A stretch of DNA of 64,000 nucleotides. Source: Eledone cirrhosa (taxonomy: Eukaryota). The DNA is taken from contig OZ024766.1 in NCBI GenBank assembly GCA_964016885.1, positions 9,362,001 to 9,426,000 on the forward strand, given 5' to 3'. Below are positions 1-12,440 of the stretch, piece after piece (position 1 is the first letter of the stretch; each line of letters opens with the position of its first letter). Made by a program: the position numbers and the translations under genes. A model generated the notes under the pieces. It was not told the origin of the DNA, did not search any database, and worked only from the letters and a program-made list of their open reading frames with translations.

Positions 1-2096
1 TGTCAATACCAACACAGTCTTCTCTCCTACACACCACCTCAGACACCCCTTCAACCCAGCTTCTCCCTCAACACATCACATGTCAATACCAACACAGTCT
101 TCTCTCCTACACACCACCTCAGACACCCCTTCAACCCAGCTTCTCCCTCAACACATCACATGTCAATACCAACACAGTCTTCTCTCCTACACACCACCTC
201 AGACACCCCTTCAACCCAGCTTCTCTCTCAACACATCACATGTCAATACCAACACAGTCTTCTCTCCTACACACCACCTCAGACTCCCCTTCAACCCAGC
301 TTCTCTCTCAACACATTACATGTCAATACCAACACAGTCTTCTCTCCTACACACCACCTCAGACACCCCTTCAACCCAGCTTCTCCCTCAACACATCACA
401 TGTCGATACCAACACAGTCTTCTCTCCTACACACCACCTCAGACACCCCTTCAACCCAGCTTCTCTCTCAACACATCACATGTCGATACCAACACAGTCT
501 TCTCTCCTACACACCATCTCAGACACCCCTTCAACCCAGCTTCTCTCTCAACACATCACATGTCGATACCAACACAGTCTTCTCTCCTACGCACCACCTC
601 AGACACCCCTTCAACCCAGCTTCTCTCTCAACACATCACATGTCGATACCAACACAGTCTTCTCTCCTACACACCATCTCAGACTCCCCTTCAACCCAGC
701 TTCTCCCTCAACACATCACATGTCAATACCAACACAGTCTTCTCTCCTACACACCACCTCAGACACCCCTTCAACCCAGCTTCTCCCTCAACACATCACA
801 TGTCAATACCAACACAGTCTTCTCTCCTACACACCACCTCAGACACCCCTTCAACCCAGCTTCTCCCTCAACACATCACATGTCAATACCAACACAGTCT
901 TCTCTCCTACACACCACCTCAGACTCCCCTTCAACCCAGCTTCTCCCTCAACACATCACATGTCAATACCAACAGTCTTCTCTCCTACACACCACCTCAG
1001 ACACCCCTTCAACCCAGCTTCTCTCTCAACACATCACATGTCAATACCAACACAGTCTTCTCTCCTACACACCACCTCAGACTCCCCTTCAACCCAGCTT
1101 CTCTCTCAACACATCACATGTCAATACCAACACAGTCTTCTCTCCTACACACCACCTCAGACACCCCTTCAACCCAGCTTCTCCCTCAACACATCACATG
1201 TCAATACCAACACAGTCTTCTCTCCTACACACCACCTCAGACTCCCCTTCAACCCAGCTTCTCCCTCAACACATCACATGTCAATACCAACACAGTCTTC
1301 TCTCCTACACACCACCTCAGACACCCCTTCAACCCAGCTTCTCCCTCAACACATCACATGTCAATACCAACACAGTCTTCTCTCCTACACACCACCTCAG
1401 ACACCCCTTCAACCCAGCTTCTCTCTCAACACATCACATGTCAATACCAACACAGTCTTCTCTCCTACACACCACCTCAGACTCCCCTTCAACCCAGCTT
1501 CTCTCTCAACACATCACATGTCAATACCAACACAGTCTTCTCTCCTACACACCACCCCAGACTCCCCTTCAACCCAGCTTCTCTCTCAACACATCACATG
1601 TCAATACCAACAGTCTTCTCTCCTACACACCACCTCAGACACCCCTTCAACCCAGCTTCTCTCTCAACACAACACATGTCGATACCAACACAGTCTTCTC
1701 TCCTACACACCACCTCAGACTCCCCTTCAACCCAGCTTCTCTCTCAACACATCACATGTCAATACCAACACAGTCTTCTCTCCTACACACCACCTCAGAC
1801 TCCCCTTCAACCCAGCTTCTCTCTCAACACATCACATGTCAATACCAACACAGTCTTCTCTCCTACACACCACCTCAGACACCCCTTCAACCCAGCTTCT
1901 CTCTCAACACATCACATGTCAATACCAACACAGTCTTCTCTCCTACACACCACCTCAGACACCCCTTCAACCCAGCTTCTCTCTCAACACAACACATGTC
2001 AATACCAACACAGTCTTCTCTCCTACACACCACCTCAGACACCCCTTCAACCCAGCTTCTCTCTCAACACAACACATGTCAATACCAACACAGTCT
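1..2096. repeat. 80-bp tandem array (~26 units, runs off window start) derived from RTE-LINE ORF2 C-terminal segment
   Basis: Unit catcacatgtcaataccaacacagtcttctctcctacacaccacctcagacaccccttcaacccagcttctctctcaaca. Same length and boundaries as the 80-bp unit inside the RTE at 27036-27595. Confidence 0.9.
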
Positions 2097-2320
2097 TTAA
2101 AACTTTAAAACTTCCATGCCTCCCAGAATTTGCCAACACTACACCTGATATTCCCCCTCCATACACACGCACTCATGTATCTGTGTGTATATCATGACTC
2201 ATACACTGTTCATTTTCATGACATTTGTACATTATTCTATGTACTATACATGCACCTTTGATGAGTTGTAGTGCACCTGAGCACTCTACACAATAATTTC
2301 ATTATTATTATTATATTATA
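2097..2320 (+). mobile_element. CR1/L2-like LINE 3' end with (ATT)n tail
   Basis: Reverse complement of the LINE 3' ends at 7545-7650 and 12440-12625; ends ataatttcattattattatt. Confidence 0.7.
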
Positions 2321-2378
2321 ATACAATACAAGACTACAAGAACACAAGAGTATGCTAATGTGGTGAATTCTTTGAAAA

Positions 2379-2389
2379 CAAAAGGATAT
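2379..2389 (-). other. U12-type (AT-AC) 5' splice site ATATCCTTTT
   Basis: Exact minor-spliceosome donor consensus RTATCCTT, located where LRR similarity ends (phase 2). Confidence 0.75.
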
Positions 2390-2511
2390 GAAATTCTGTT
2401 GTAGGTAAGGTCCAATTCATCAAGCCAGTCCCCATATTTCAACATAAACTCCATCGGAAGCTCGGACAAGTCCTGGTAGGCTAGGGACACCCTTGTATGT
2501 GTCTGGGACAT
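2390..2511 (-). CDS. First coding exon of an LRMDA (C10orf11)-like leucine-rich repeat protein; gene continues beyond window start
   Basis: MSQTHTRVSLAYQDLSELPMEFMLKYGDWLDELDLTYNRIS shows the LRR pattern (LxxLDLxxNxI) typical of LRMDA-like N-termini; exon ends at TC|ATATCCTTTTG. Confidence 0.72.
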
Positions 2512-2764
2512 GATGGGAGAGGGGTTTTTTGTTGTTGTTTTTTAGTGGTGGAGGAAGTGGGGGTGGAGTAATTTAGGGAAATGGTGGTGGTGGTGGTGGT
2601 GGTGGACAGGGAAAAAGTGACGCACAGACAGAAAATAACGGACGCTGGGTGGGCCAAGAAGTTTGGGGTTTTTCGGGGGCAGGGAGGTTTTGGGGGTTAT
2701 TTGGTGGGGAAAGGGTGTTTAAAAGAGCAGGGTTGCCTCTTAAATATTGAATATATTGTCCACT

Positions 2765-3252
2765 AGTGTCCAGGGGTAGTCTCGCTCGGACACTCCTCAA
2801 ATATGTGAAGGTGGCGGTAGTGGTGGGGTAGTCTCGGACACACTGCAAATTTAATGTCTGATCTTGGGGATAGTCTTACTCGGACACACTGTAAGGTAAT
2901 GTCCAATCCTGATGGGTAGTCTCACTCAGACACACTAAAGTAATGTCCAATACTGGGGGGTAATCTCACTCGGACACACTGTAATGTAATGTCCAATCCT
3001 GGCGGGGTAGTCTCACTCGGACACACTGTAAATGTAATGTCCAGTCCCAGAAATAGTCCCACTCGGACAGACTACAAATATATTATCCACTACTCTGCAA
3101 CCCAACTCAGACAAAGCTCTCAAATGTATCGTACTGTCCACTTGTCTATAGTCCCTGCTCGGACACCTGTCAAATATATTCTGTTGTTGTGTAGTCCAAC
3201 TCGGACACTGCAAATGTGTTGTCCACTTGTGCAGCTCTCTTACTCGGACACC
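2765..3252. repeat. Diverged ~55-60-bp tandem repeat (core gtagtctcactcggacacactg) in probable 5' UTR of the LRR gene
   Basis: About 9 recurrences of ctc(g/a)gaca motif; pyrimidine tract + CAG acceptor candidate on minus strand at 3290-3308. Confidence 0.6.
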
Positions 3253-3324
3253 ATAAACACGTTGATTGGCAATTGGTCAAGACAGTTACCTGTGGAGAGA
3301 GAATAAAGTATTAGAATAATAATA

Positions 3325-4858
3325 TTTGTACCTAGGACTACATTATCTAATGTGTCCTGTCTTATATACAGACACAGTGTATCTAGGACTACATTATCTA
3401 ATGTGTCATGTCTTATATACAGACACAGTGTACCTAGGACTACATTATCTAATGTGTCCTGTCTTATATACAGACACAGTCTATCTAGGATTACATTATC
3501 TAATGTGTCCTGTCTTATATACAGACACAGTGTACCTAGGACTACATTATCTAATGTGTCCTGTCTTATATACAGACACAGTCTACCAAGGACTACATTA
3601 TCTAATGTGTCCTGTCTTATATACAGACACAGTGTATCTAGGACTACATTATCTAATGTGTCCTGTCTTATATACAGACACAGTGTACCTAGGACTACAT
3701 TATCTAGTGTGTCCTGTCTTATATACAGACACAGTCTACCTAGGACTACATTATCTAATGTGTCCTGTCTTATATACAGACACAGTGTACCTAGGACTAC
3801 ATTATCTAATGTGTCATGTCTTATATACAGACACAGTGTATCTAGGGCTGCATTATCTAATGTGTCCTGTCTTATATACAGACACAGTGTACCTAGGAAT
3901 ACATTATCTAATGTGTCCTGTCTTATATACTGACACAGTGTATCTAGGGCTACATTATCTAATGTGTCCTGTCTTATATACAGACACAGTGTACCTAGGA
4001 CTACATTATCTAATGTGTCCTGTCTTATATCAGACACAGTCTATCTAGGACTACATTATCTAATGTGTCCTGTCTTATATACAGACACAGTCTACCTAGG
4101 ACTACATTATCTAATGTGTCCTGTCTTATATACAGACACAGTGTATCTAGGACTACATTATCTAATGTGTCCTGTCTTATATACAGACAGTGTATCTAGG
4201 ACTACATTATCTAATGTGTCCTGTCTTATATACAGACACAGTGTACCTAGGAATACATTATCTAATGTGTCCTGTCTTATATACAGACACAGTGTATCTA
4301 GGACTACATTATCTAATGTGTCCTGTCATATATACAGACACAGTGTATCTAGGACTACATTATCTAATGTGTCATGTCTTATATACAGACACAGTGTATC
4401 TAGGACTACATTATCTAATGTGTCCTGTCATATATACAGACACAGTGTATCTAGGACTACATTATCTAATGTGTCATGTCTTATATACAGACACAGTGTA
4501 TCTAGGACTACATTATCTAATGTGTCCTGTCTTATATACAGACACAGTGTATCTAGGACTACATTATCTAATGTGTCCTGTCTTATATACAGACACAGTG
4601 TACCTAGGACTACATTATCTAATGTGTCATGTCTTATATACAGACACAGTGTATCTAGGACTACATTATCTAATGTGTCCTGTCTTATATACAGACACAG
4701 TGTATCTAGGACTACATTATCTAATGTGTCCTGTCATATATACAGACACAGTGTATCTAGGACTACATTATCTAATGTGTCCTGTCTTATATACAGACAC
4801 AGTGTATCTAGGAATACATTATCTAATGTGTCCTGTCTTATATACAGACACAGTCTAC
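3325..4858. repeat. 51-bp minisatellite (~30 units)
   Basis: Unit gtgtacctaggactacattatctaatgtgtcctgtcttatatacagacaca. Confidence 0.95.
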
Positions 4859-5045
4859 CAATTGTATCTGCATCTTTTGAGATCTGCTTGTGCCCTAGCA
4901 TTTAGCTGTGGTGCTTAACAACCCCATCATATACTATCTCCTCATTCGCCATCTCCGATCTCCCTATCTTAACCCTCTATTGTATTCCGATTGTCCGTGT
5001 GACTAAGCTTGGTAGAGCTTATACTTAGCACTGTGTTTTATTAAG

Positions 5046-5088
5046 CTCTGATGATTCCTACCCAACGGTATGGATGAAACATTGTAAG
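5046..5088 (+). ncRNA. Minimal type-I hammerhead ribozyme motif in Penelope-like terminal repeat fragment
   Basis: CT-CTGATGA-TTCCTACCcaacGGTATGGAT-GAAA-CattG-TA-AG; only 2-bp stem I; AATAAA follows. Confidence 0.55.
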
Positions 5089-5506
5089 AAAATAAAAACT
5101 GTTTGAGTATGTAAGCGTTCTTTGGTTTCTTTTACATATATATCTATATATACTTGGCTTCTCAATCAGCCGAGACAAACCTACTTTTGGCGCAAAATCA
5201 ATTTTTAACATTCACATGACCTCTACTGACCAATCAAAATTGTTTTGACCACAACAATTTTTTCATACATCTGGAGCCACTTTTTTTTACATAAAACAGG
5301 TAAAATTTCCAAAACTAATCAGATCAGAGCAAACATCACGGGCGCTCTATCTCAAAATTATTTTTGAAAAGCATTAGAAATGCGCAACCGGTAAAAACTT
5401 AAAACCAAATCTGAATACTAACCAATACTTATTACTAATTTTTACTTATTCCTAATTAAACTATTTTTCACTGGGAACAATTTGTCAGCATTTTCTTTTC
5501 CTTTTA

Positions 5507-5509
<3 letters not shown>

Positions 5510-5554
<45 letters not shown>

Positions 5555-5628
5555 GGCATATATATATATATATGGATGTGAGTGTGTATGTTTATATGTA
5601 TATATATATATACATATATATGCATGCA

Positions 5629-5659
<31 letters not shown>

Positions 5660-5663
5660 GCAA

Positions 5664-5726
<63 letters not shown>

Positions 5727-5812
5727 AGTGTGTGTGTATATATATATATATATATATGCAAGTGTGTATATATATATACAAGTGTGTGTGTATATATATA
5801 TATATATATACA

Positions 5813-5843
<31 letters not shown>

Positions 5844-5878
5844 GCAAGTGTGTATATATATATATATATATATATACA

Positions 5879-5913
<35 letters not shown>

Positions 5914-5943
5914 GCAAGTGTGTATATATATATATATATACAA

Positions 5944-5977
<34 letters not shown>

Positions 5978-5981
5978 GCAA

Positions 5982-6012
<31 letters not shown>

Positions 6013-6127
6013 CAAGTGTGTATATATATATATATATAAATGCATGTGAGTTTTTTGTGTGTATATATATATATATATATATACAAGTGTGTGTGTATAT
6101 ATATATATACACAAGTGTGTGTGTATA
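5510..6127. repeat. Compound (TA)n/(TG)n microsatellite punctuated by caag
   Basis: Direct inspection. Confidence 0.95.
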
Positions 6128-6209
6128 TATAATAATTACTTACATTCCAAGAATGTTCCCTCCTACTTATTAAATATAGGTGGGAGTGTAGGGGATGTGA
6201 GGGGGGTGA

Positions 6210-6980
6210 CAGACAGACAGACAGACAGATGACAGACAGACAGACAGGCAGACAGACAGACAGACAGATGTCAGATAGACAGGCATAGTTTCATCCACTA
6301 CCACCAGTACTACATACTACTTCTACTACTACTACTGCTAGTACTACTGCTACTAATGCTGCTACTACTACTACCACCGCCACCACCACCACCACCACCA
6401 CTACTACGACTACCACTACTACTACTACCACCACTACTACTACTACCACCACTACTACTACTACCACCACCACCACTACTACCACCACCACCACTACTAC
6501 TACTACTACTACCGCTACGACTACCACCACTACCGCTACGACTACCACCACTACTACCACCGCCACTACTACTACTACCACCACCATCACCACCACAACT
6601 ACCACCACCACCACCACAACTACTACACTATCACCACCACTGCCACCACCACTACTACCACCACCACCACACCACCACCACTACTACCACCACTACTACC
6701 GCCACCACTACTACTACCACCACCACCACCACCACCACCACCACCACCACCACCACCACCACCACCATCACTACCACCACCACCACCACCACCACCACCA
6801 CCACCACCACCATCACTACTACTACCACCACCACCACTACTACCACCACCACCACCACACCACCACCACCACCACCACCATCACTACCACCACCACCACC
6901 ACCACCACCACCACCACCACCACCACCACCACCACCACCACCACTACTACTACCACCACCACTACCACCAATAATAATAA
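6210..6980. repeat. (GACA)n then (CCA/CTA)n trinucleotide tract
   Basis: Direct inspection. Confidence 0.95.
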
Positions 6981-7090
6981 TTGTTTCAACAGACCAACAA
7001 ACAAAGCCTATGTGACAATTTAATGAATGGTGATTTTTATTTTTATTTTAATTGACAATTATCTCTTGAAAACATGAACTAGCCTGACCC

Positions 7091-7506
7091 ATTAAGTTAT
7101 GTTCCGAACACCCCTGGTTCTATGATATAAAACTTTGTTTTAAAGCGTTTATATTTATCTAAAAACCATTGTTAAGTTATGTTCCAAACACCCCTTGTTC
7201 TATGATATAAAACTTTGTTTTAAAGTGTTTATATTTATCTAAAAACCATTGTTAAGTTATGTTCCAAATACCCCTGGTTCTATGATATAAAACTTTGTTT
7301 TAAGGTGTTTATATTTATCTATAAAATTTTCCATCATAATTTTATGTAAGAACCTTTGTTCAGTTATGTTCCAAACACCCCTAGTTCTATGATACAAAAC
7401 TGTTTGTTTCAAAGTGTTTATATTTATCTAAAAACCTCCCATCATAAATTTATGTAAGAACCTTTGTTAAGTTATGCTCCAAAGACCCCTAGTTCTATGA
7501 TATAAA
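7091..7506. repeat. ~80-110-bp tandem repeat (4-5 units)
   Basis: ttaagttatgttcc recurs at 7092, 7172, 7252 and in diverged form near 7362 and 7467. Confidence 0.8.
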
Positions 7507-7544
7507 AAGCACCCATTCCACACTGTAAAGTGGTCGTGTAGGAT

Positions 7545-9120
7545 ACTCATCAAAGGTGCATGTATAGTACATAGAATAATGTACAAATGCATGTATATAT
7601 GGAGGGGGGACATGAGGTGTAATGTTGCCGAATTTCAGGAAGCATGGAGGTTTTAAAGGATGCAGTGTCTCGACAACTAACAACTGATGCAGGGAGTTTG
7701 TTCCATGGAGGTTTTAAAGGATGCAGTCTCTCGACAGCTAACAACTGATGCAGGGAGTTTGTTCCATGGAGGTTTTAAAGGATGCAGTGTCTCGACAGCT
7801 AACAACTGATGCAGGCAGTTTGTTCCATGGAGGTTTTAAAGGATGCAGTGTCTCGACAGCTAACAACTGATGCAGGTAGTTTGTTCCATGGAGGTTTTAA
7901 AGGATGCAGTGTCTCGACAGCTAACAACTGATGCAGGCAGTTTGTTCCATGGAGGTTTTAAAGGATGCAGTCTCTCGACAGTTAACAACTGATGCAGGTA
8001 GTTTGTTCCATGGAGGTTTTAAAGGATGCAGTGTCTCGACAGCTAACAACTGATGCAAGTAGTTTGTTCCATGGAGGTTTTAAAGGATGCAGTGTCTCGA
8101 CAGCTAACAACTGATGCAGGGAGTTTGTTCCATGGAGGTTTTAAAGAATGCAGTGTCTCGACAGCTAACAACTGATGCAGGTAGTTTGTTCCATGGAGGT
8201 TTTAAAGGATGCAGTGTCCCGACAGCTAACAACTGATGCAGGGAGTTTGTTCCATGGAGGTTTTAAAGGATCCAGTGTCTCGACAGCTAACAACTGATGC
8301 AGGTAGTTTGTTCCATGGAGGTTTTAAAGGATGCAGTGTCTTGACAGCTAACAACTGATGCAGGTAGTTTGTTCCATGGAGGTTTTAAAGGATCCAGTGT
8401 CTCGACAGCTAACAACTGATGCAGGTAGTTTGTTCCATGGAGGTTTTAAAGGATCCAGTGTCTCGACAGCTAACAACTGATGCAGGTAGTTTGTTCCATG
8501 GAGGTTTTAAAGGATGCAGTGTCCCGACAGCTAACAACTGATGCAGGGAGTTTGTTCCATGGAGGTTTTAAAGGATGCAGTGTCTCGACAGCTAACAACT
8601 GATGCAGGCAGTTTGTTCCATGGAGGTTTTAAAGGATGCAGTCTCTCGACAGCTAACAACTGATGCAGGTAGTTTGTTCCATGGAGGTTTTAAAGGGTGC
8701 AGTGTCCCGACAGCTAACAACTGATGCAGGGAGTTTGTTCCATGGAGGTTTTAAAGGATCCAGTGTCTCGACAGCTAACAACTGATGCAGGTAGTTTGTT
8801 CCATGGAGGTTCTAAAGGATGCAGTGTCTCGACAGCTAACAACTGATGCAGGTAGTTTGTTCCATGGAGGTTCTAAAGGATGCAGTGTCTCGACAGCTAA
8901 CAACTGATGCAGGTAGTTTGTTCCATGGAGGTTTTAAAGGATCCAGTGTCTCGACAGCTAACAACTGATGCAGGTAGTTTGTTCCATGGAGGTTTTAAAG
9001 GATCCAGTGTCTCGACAGCTAACAACTGATGCAGGGAGTTTGTTCCATGCTTCAGCAACTCTGACCGTTGAAAAGTGTTTCCGAAAGTCATGGGAGCTGT
9101 ACTGTTTTCTGACTTTAGTA
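7545..9120 (-). mobile_element. CR1/L2-like LINE 3' fragment containing a 61-bp internal tandem array (23 units, 7643-9045)
   Basis: Translation WNKLPASVVSCRDTASFKTSMLPEIRQHYT matches the CR1-clade ORF2 C-terminal WNxLP...FK motif; single-copy LINE sequence resumes on both sides. Confidence 0.85.
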
Positions 9121-9261
9121 TGTAATAACTACATGACAGACATAGTTAGATACAGAAGCATATGTATATATGTATACATATGTATCTCAAAACATCTAGA
9201 TCCACACATACAATGTCATCCATACTTTACTGATATTTGTAGATTATTCTATGTACTATAC

Positions 9262-9460
9262 GGGCGGTGGATTGACAGTATCGGTAGAGGGTTGGACGCC
9301 ATGCTTTGCAGCATAGAGTTACGGCCCTTTATGGTCTGAGTTCAAATCCCGCCGAGGTTAACTTTGCCTTTCATCCTTACGGGGTCGATAAAATAAAGTA
9401 CCAGTCACGCACTGGGGTCAATTTAATTGCTAGCCTTGTGCCTATATAAGAAACCATTAT
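9262..9460 (+). mobile_element. tRNA-derived SINE with Nin-like domain, inserted into a CR1 3' UTR
   Basis: B-box gagttcaaatcc followed by aactttgcctttcatccttacggggtcgataaaataaagtaccag; attattctatgtactatacg present on both sides (9243 and 9456), consistent with a target-site duplication. Confidence 0.75.
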
Positions 9461-9749
9461 TCTATGTACTATACGTGCACCTTTGATAAGTTGTAGTGTA
9501 CCTGAGCACTGTACACAATTTCATTATTATTATACCTGCTTATACCTTCACATACATTATATACATAGGTAAATAGATAGATAAATAGATAGATAGATAG
9601 GTAAATAGATAGATAGATAGGTAGGTAGATAGATAGATAGGTAAATAGATAGATAGATAGATAGGTAGGTAGATCGTTAGGAAGATATATAGACAGAGAT
9701 AGATAGGTAGACAAACTGATAGACAGTATATAGACAGATAGATAGATAG

Positions 9750-10990
9750 ATTTCTTTATTTGCCACAAGGGCACACAAGAAAAGGGGACAATACAAAGTC
9801 ACATGCCGGGGATTTTACATACAATCATATAAAAAAAAATGTTTAAACAAACAAATTCAACAATCGAAATCCCCAATAGTGGGGAAGTGCCACAAATGGG
9901 TTGTTTAATACCCCGTAGATAGAACAACCCTCAACTTCAGGAGCGTGTTGTGCAAGTGCTCCTTTCTTCCTTTTGCTCTCCTCTTCAACCTAGAGGTTTA
10001 TATACAGAGAAGGCCCAATCACTCGGGCCATTTTTGCCACATTCACCCACCTTTCAGTAAATTTACTGGGGTGCAGTGCCTCTCTCTCCACCCTGATTCT
10101 CCTTCTAAAGTGGTACCTAAAGAAGGGAATGAGTTGTTGTCCGGAGAGAAAGGCATCTGTCCTCAGTCCTCTCAATCTCGTCCACCATATAACACCTTTC
10201 AGTAAATTTACTGGGGTGCAGTGCCTCTCTCTCCACCCTGATTCTCCTTCTAAAGTGGTACCTAAAGAAGGGAATGAGTTGTTGTCCGGAGAGAAAGGCA
10301 TCTGTCCTCAGTCCTCTCAACCTCGTCCACCATATAACACCTTTCAGTAAACTTACTGGGGTGCAGTGCCTCTCTCTCCACCCTGATTCTCCTTCTAAAG
10401 TGGTACCTAAAGAAGGGAATGAGTTGTTGTCCGGAGAGAAAGGCATCTGTCCTCAGTCCTCTCAACCTCGTCCACCATATAACACCTTTCAGTAAACTTA
10501 CTGGGGTGCAGTGCCTCTCTCTCCACCCTGATTCTCCTTCTAAAGTGGTACCTAAAGAAGGGAATGAGTTGTTGTCCGGAGAGAAAGGCATCTGTCCTCA
10601 GTCCTCTCAACCTCGTCCACCATATAACACCTTTCAGTAAACTTACTGGGGTGCAGTGCCTCTCTCTCCACCCTGATTCTCCTTCTAAAGTGGTACCTAA
10701 AGAAGGGAATGAGTTGTTGTCCGGAGAGAAAGGCATCTGTCCTCAGTCCTCTCAACCTCGTCCACCATATAACACCTTTCAGTAAACTTACTGGGGTGCA
10801 GTGCCTCTCTCTCCACCCTGATTCTCCTTCTAAAGTGGTACCTAAAGAAGGGAATGAGTTGTTGTCCGGAGAGAAAGGCATCTGTCCTCAGTCCTCTCAA
10901 CCTCGTCCACCATATAACACCTTTCAGTAAATTTACTGGGGTGCAGTGCCTCTCTCTCCACTCTGATTCTCCTTCTAAAGTGATACCAAA
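9750..10990 (-). mobile_element. L1/Tx1-like LINE 3' fragment with a 145-bp internal tandem array (~6.5 units, ~10047-10988), embedded in (TAGA)n
   Basis: Translation VIWWTRLRGLRTDAFLSGQQLIPFFRYHFRRRIRVERE...FTERWV resembles the Tx1/L1 ORF2 C-terminus; near-identical 145-bp units. Confidence 0.7.
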
Positions 10991-11677
10991 TTGATAGACA
11001 ATATATAGAAAGACAGATTGATTGAGAGATAGCTAGCTAGAAAGATTGATTGATATATATATATAGACAGATAGATAGATAGATAGATATACATATTGAT
11101 AGATAGGTAGATAGATATGTTTCTTTATTAGCCACAGGGGCACAAAAGAAGTTAGATAGATAGGTAGTTAGTTAGTTAGTTAGATAGATAGATAGAGAGA
11201 GAGTTGGTACAAAATAAATGTACTTACACAAGTTGTTTCATGTGACATGGTGTATAGTCATACTAGCTTTTGTTGTTGACTCAATGGTAGACTAATGTGT
11301 GTGATTACAGGTGGTGGTGAGAGGGAGGGGCAGTAGCAGGTGGTGGTGGTAGGAGGTGGTGGAGTGGTGGTGAGGTGGTGGTGGTGAGAGGGAGGGACAG
11401 TAGCAGGTGGTGGTGAGAGGGAGGGACAGTAGCAGGTGGTGGTGAGAGGGAGGAACGGTAGGAGGTGGTGGAGTGTGGTGGTGGTGGTGGAGGTGATGGT
11501 GGTTAGAGGGAGGGACAGTGAGAGGTGGTGTTCGTGGTGGTGAGAGGGTCAGAGCGGGGGGGGGGGGAGATGGTGTGTACAGGGGGGGGGAGGAACAGGG
11601 GAGCAGTAGGAGATAGTATGTGGTGGTGTGTGTAGTGTGTATGATTAATGCTGGAGGTACAGGGGAAAAACTGTGTT

Positions 11678-11678
11678 G

Positions 11679-11709
<31 letters not shown>

Positions 11710-11740
11710 TATATATATACTTATACATATTTATATATAT

Positions 11741-11810
<70 letters not shown>

Positions 11811-11847
11811 TATATATATACTTATACTTATTTATATATATATATGT

Positions 11848-11890
<43 letters not shown>

Positions 11891-12027
11891 TAATTATATA
11901 TATTTATATATATATAAGTAGGTATATATATATATATATATATATATACTTATACTTATATATATTTATATATATGTAGGTATATATATATATATATATA
12001 AAATTATACTTATATATATATATATGT

Positions 12028-12063
<36 letters not shown>

Positions 12064-12095
12064 TTATACTTATATATATTTATATATATATATGT

Positions 12096-12154
<59 letters not shown>

Positions 12155-12209
12155 TACTTATATATATTTATATGTATATATGTAGGTATATATATATATA
12201 TGTATATGT

Positions 12210-12289
<80 letters not shown>

Positions 12290-12379
12290 CTGTGTGTGTG
12301 TAATAAAAAGAAAAATAAAGAAAAAATAAATCAACCGATTTATCAGACTACCAACTACTAGTCAGCAGACCACATTATA

Positions 12380-12439
<60 letters not shown>

Positions 12440-12440
12440 A
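11678..12440. repeat. (TA)n-rich microsatellite block
   Basis: Direct inspection. Confidence 0.9.

Noticed and set aside
80-2197. Three overlapping 620-705 aa ORFs
   Set aside because: Stop-free 80-bp tandem repeat read antisense to its RTE parent; open in all three frames.
3240-4918. 17-aa repeat ORFs on both strands
   Set aside because: 51-bp minisatellite with frameshifting deletions; no coding signature.
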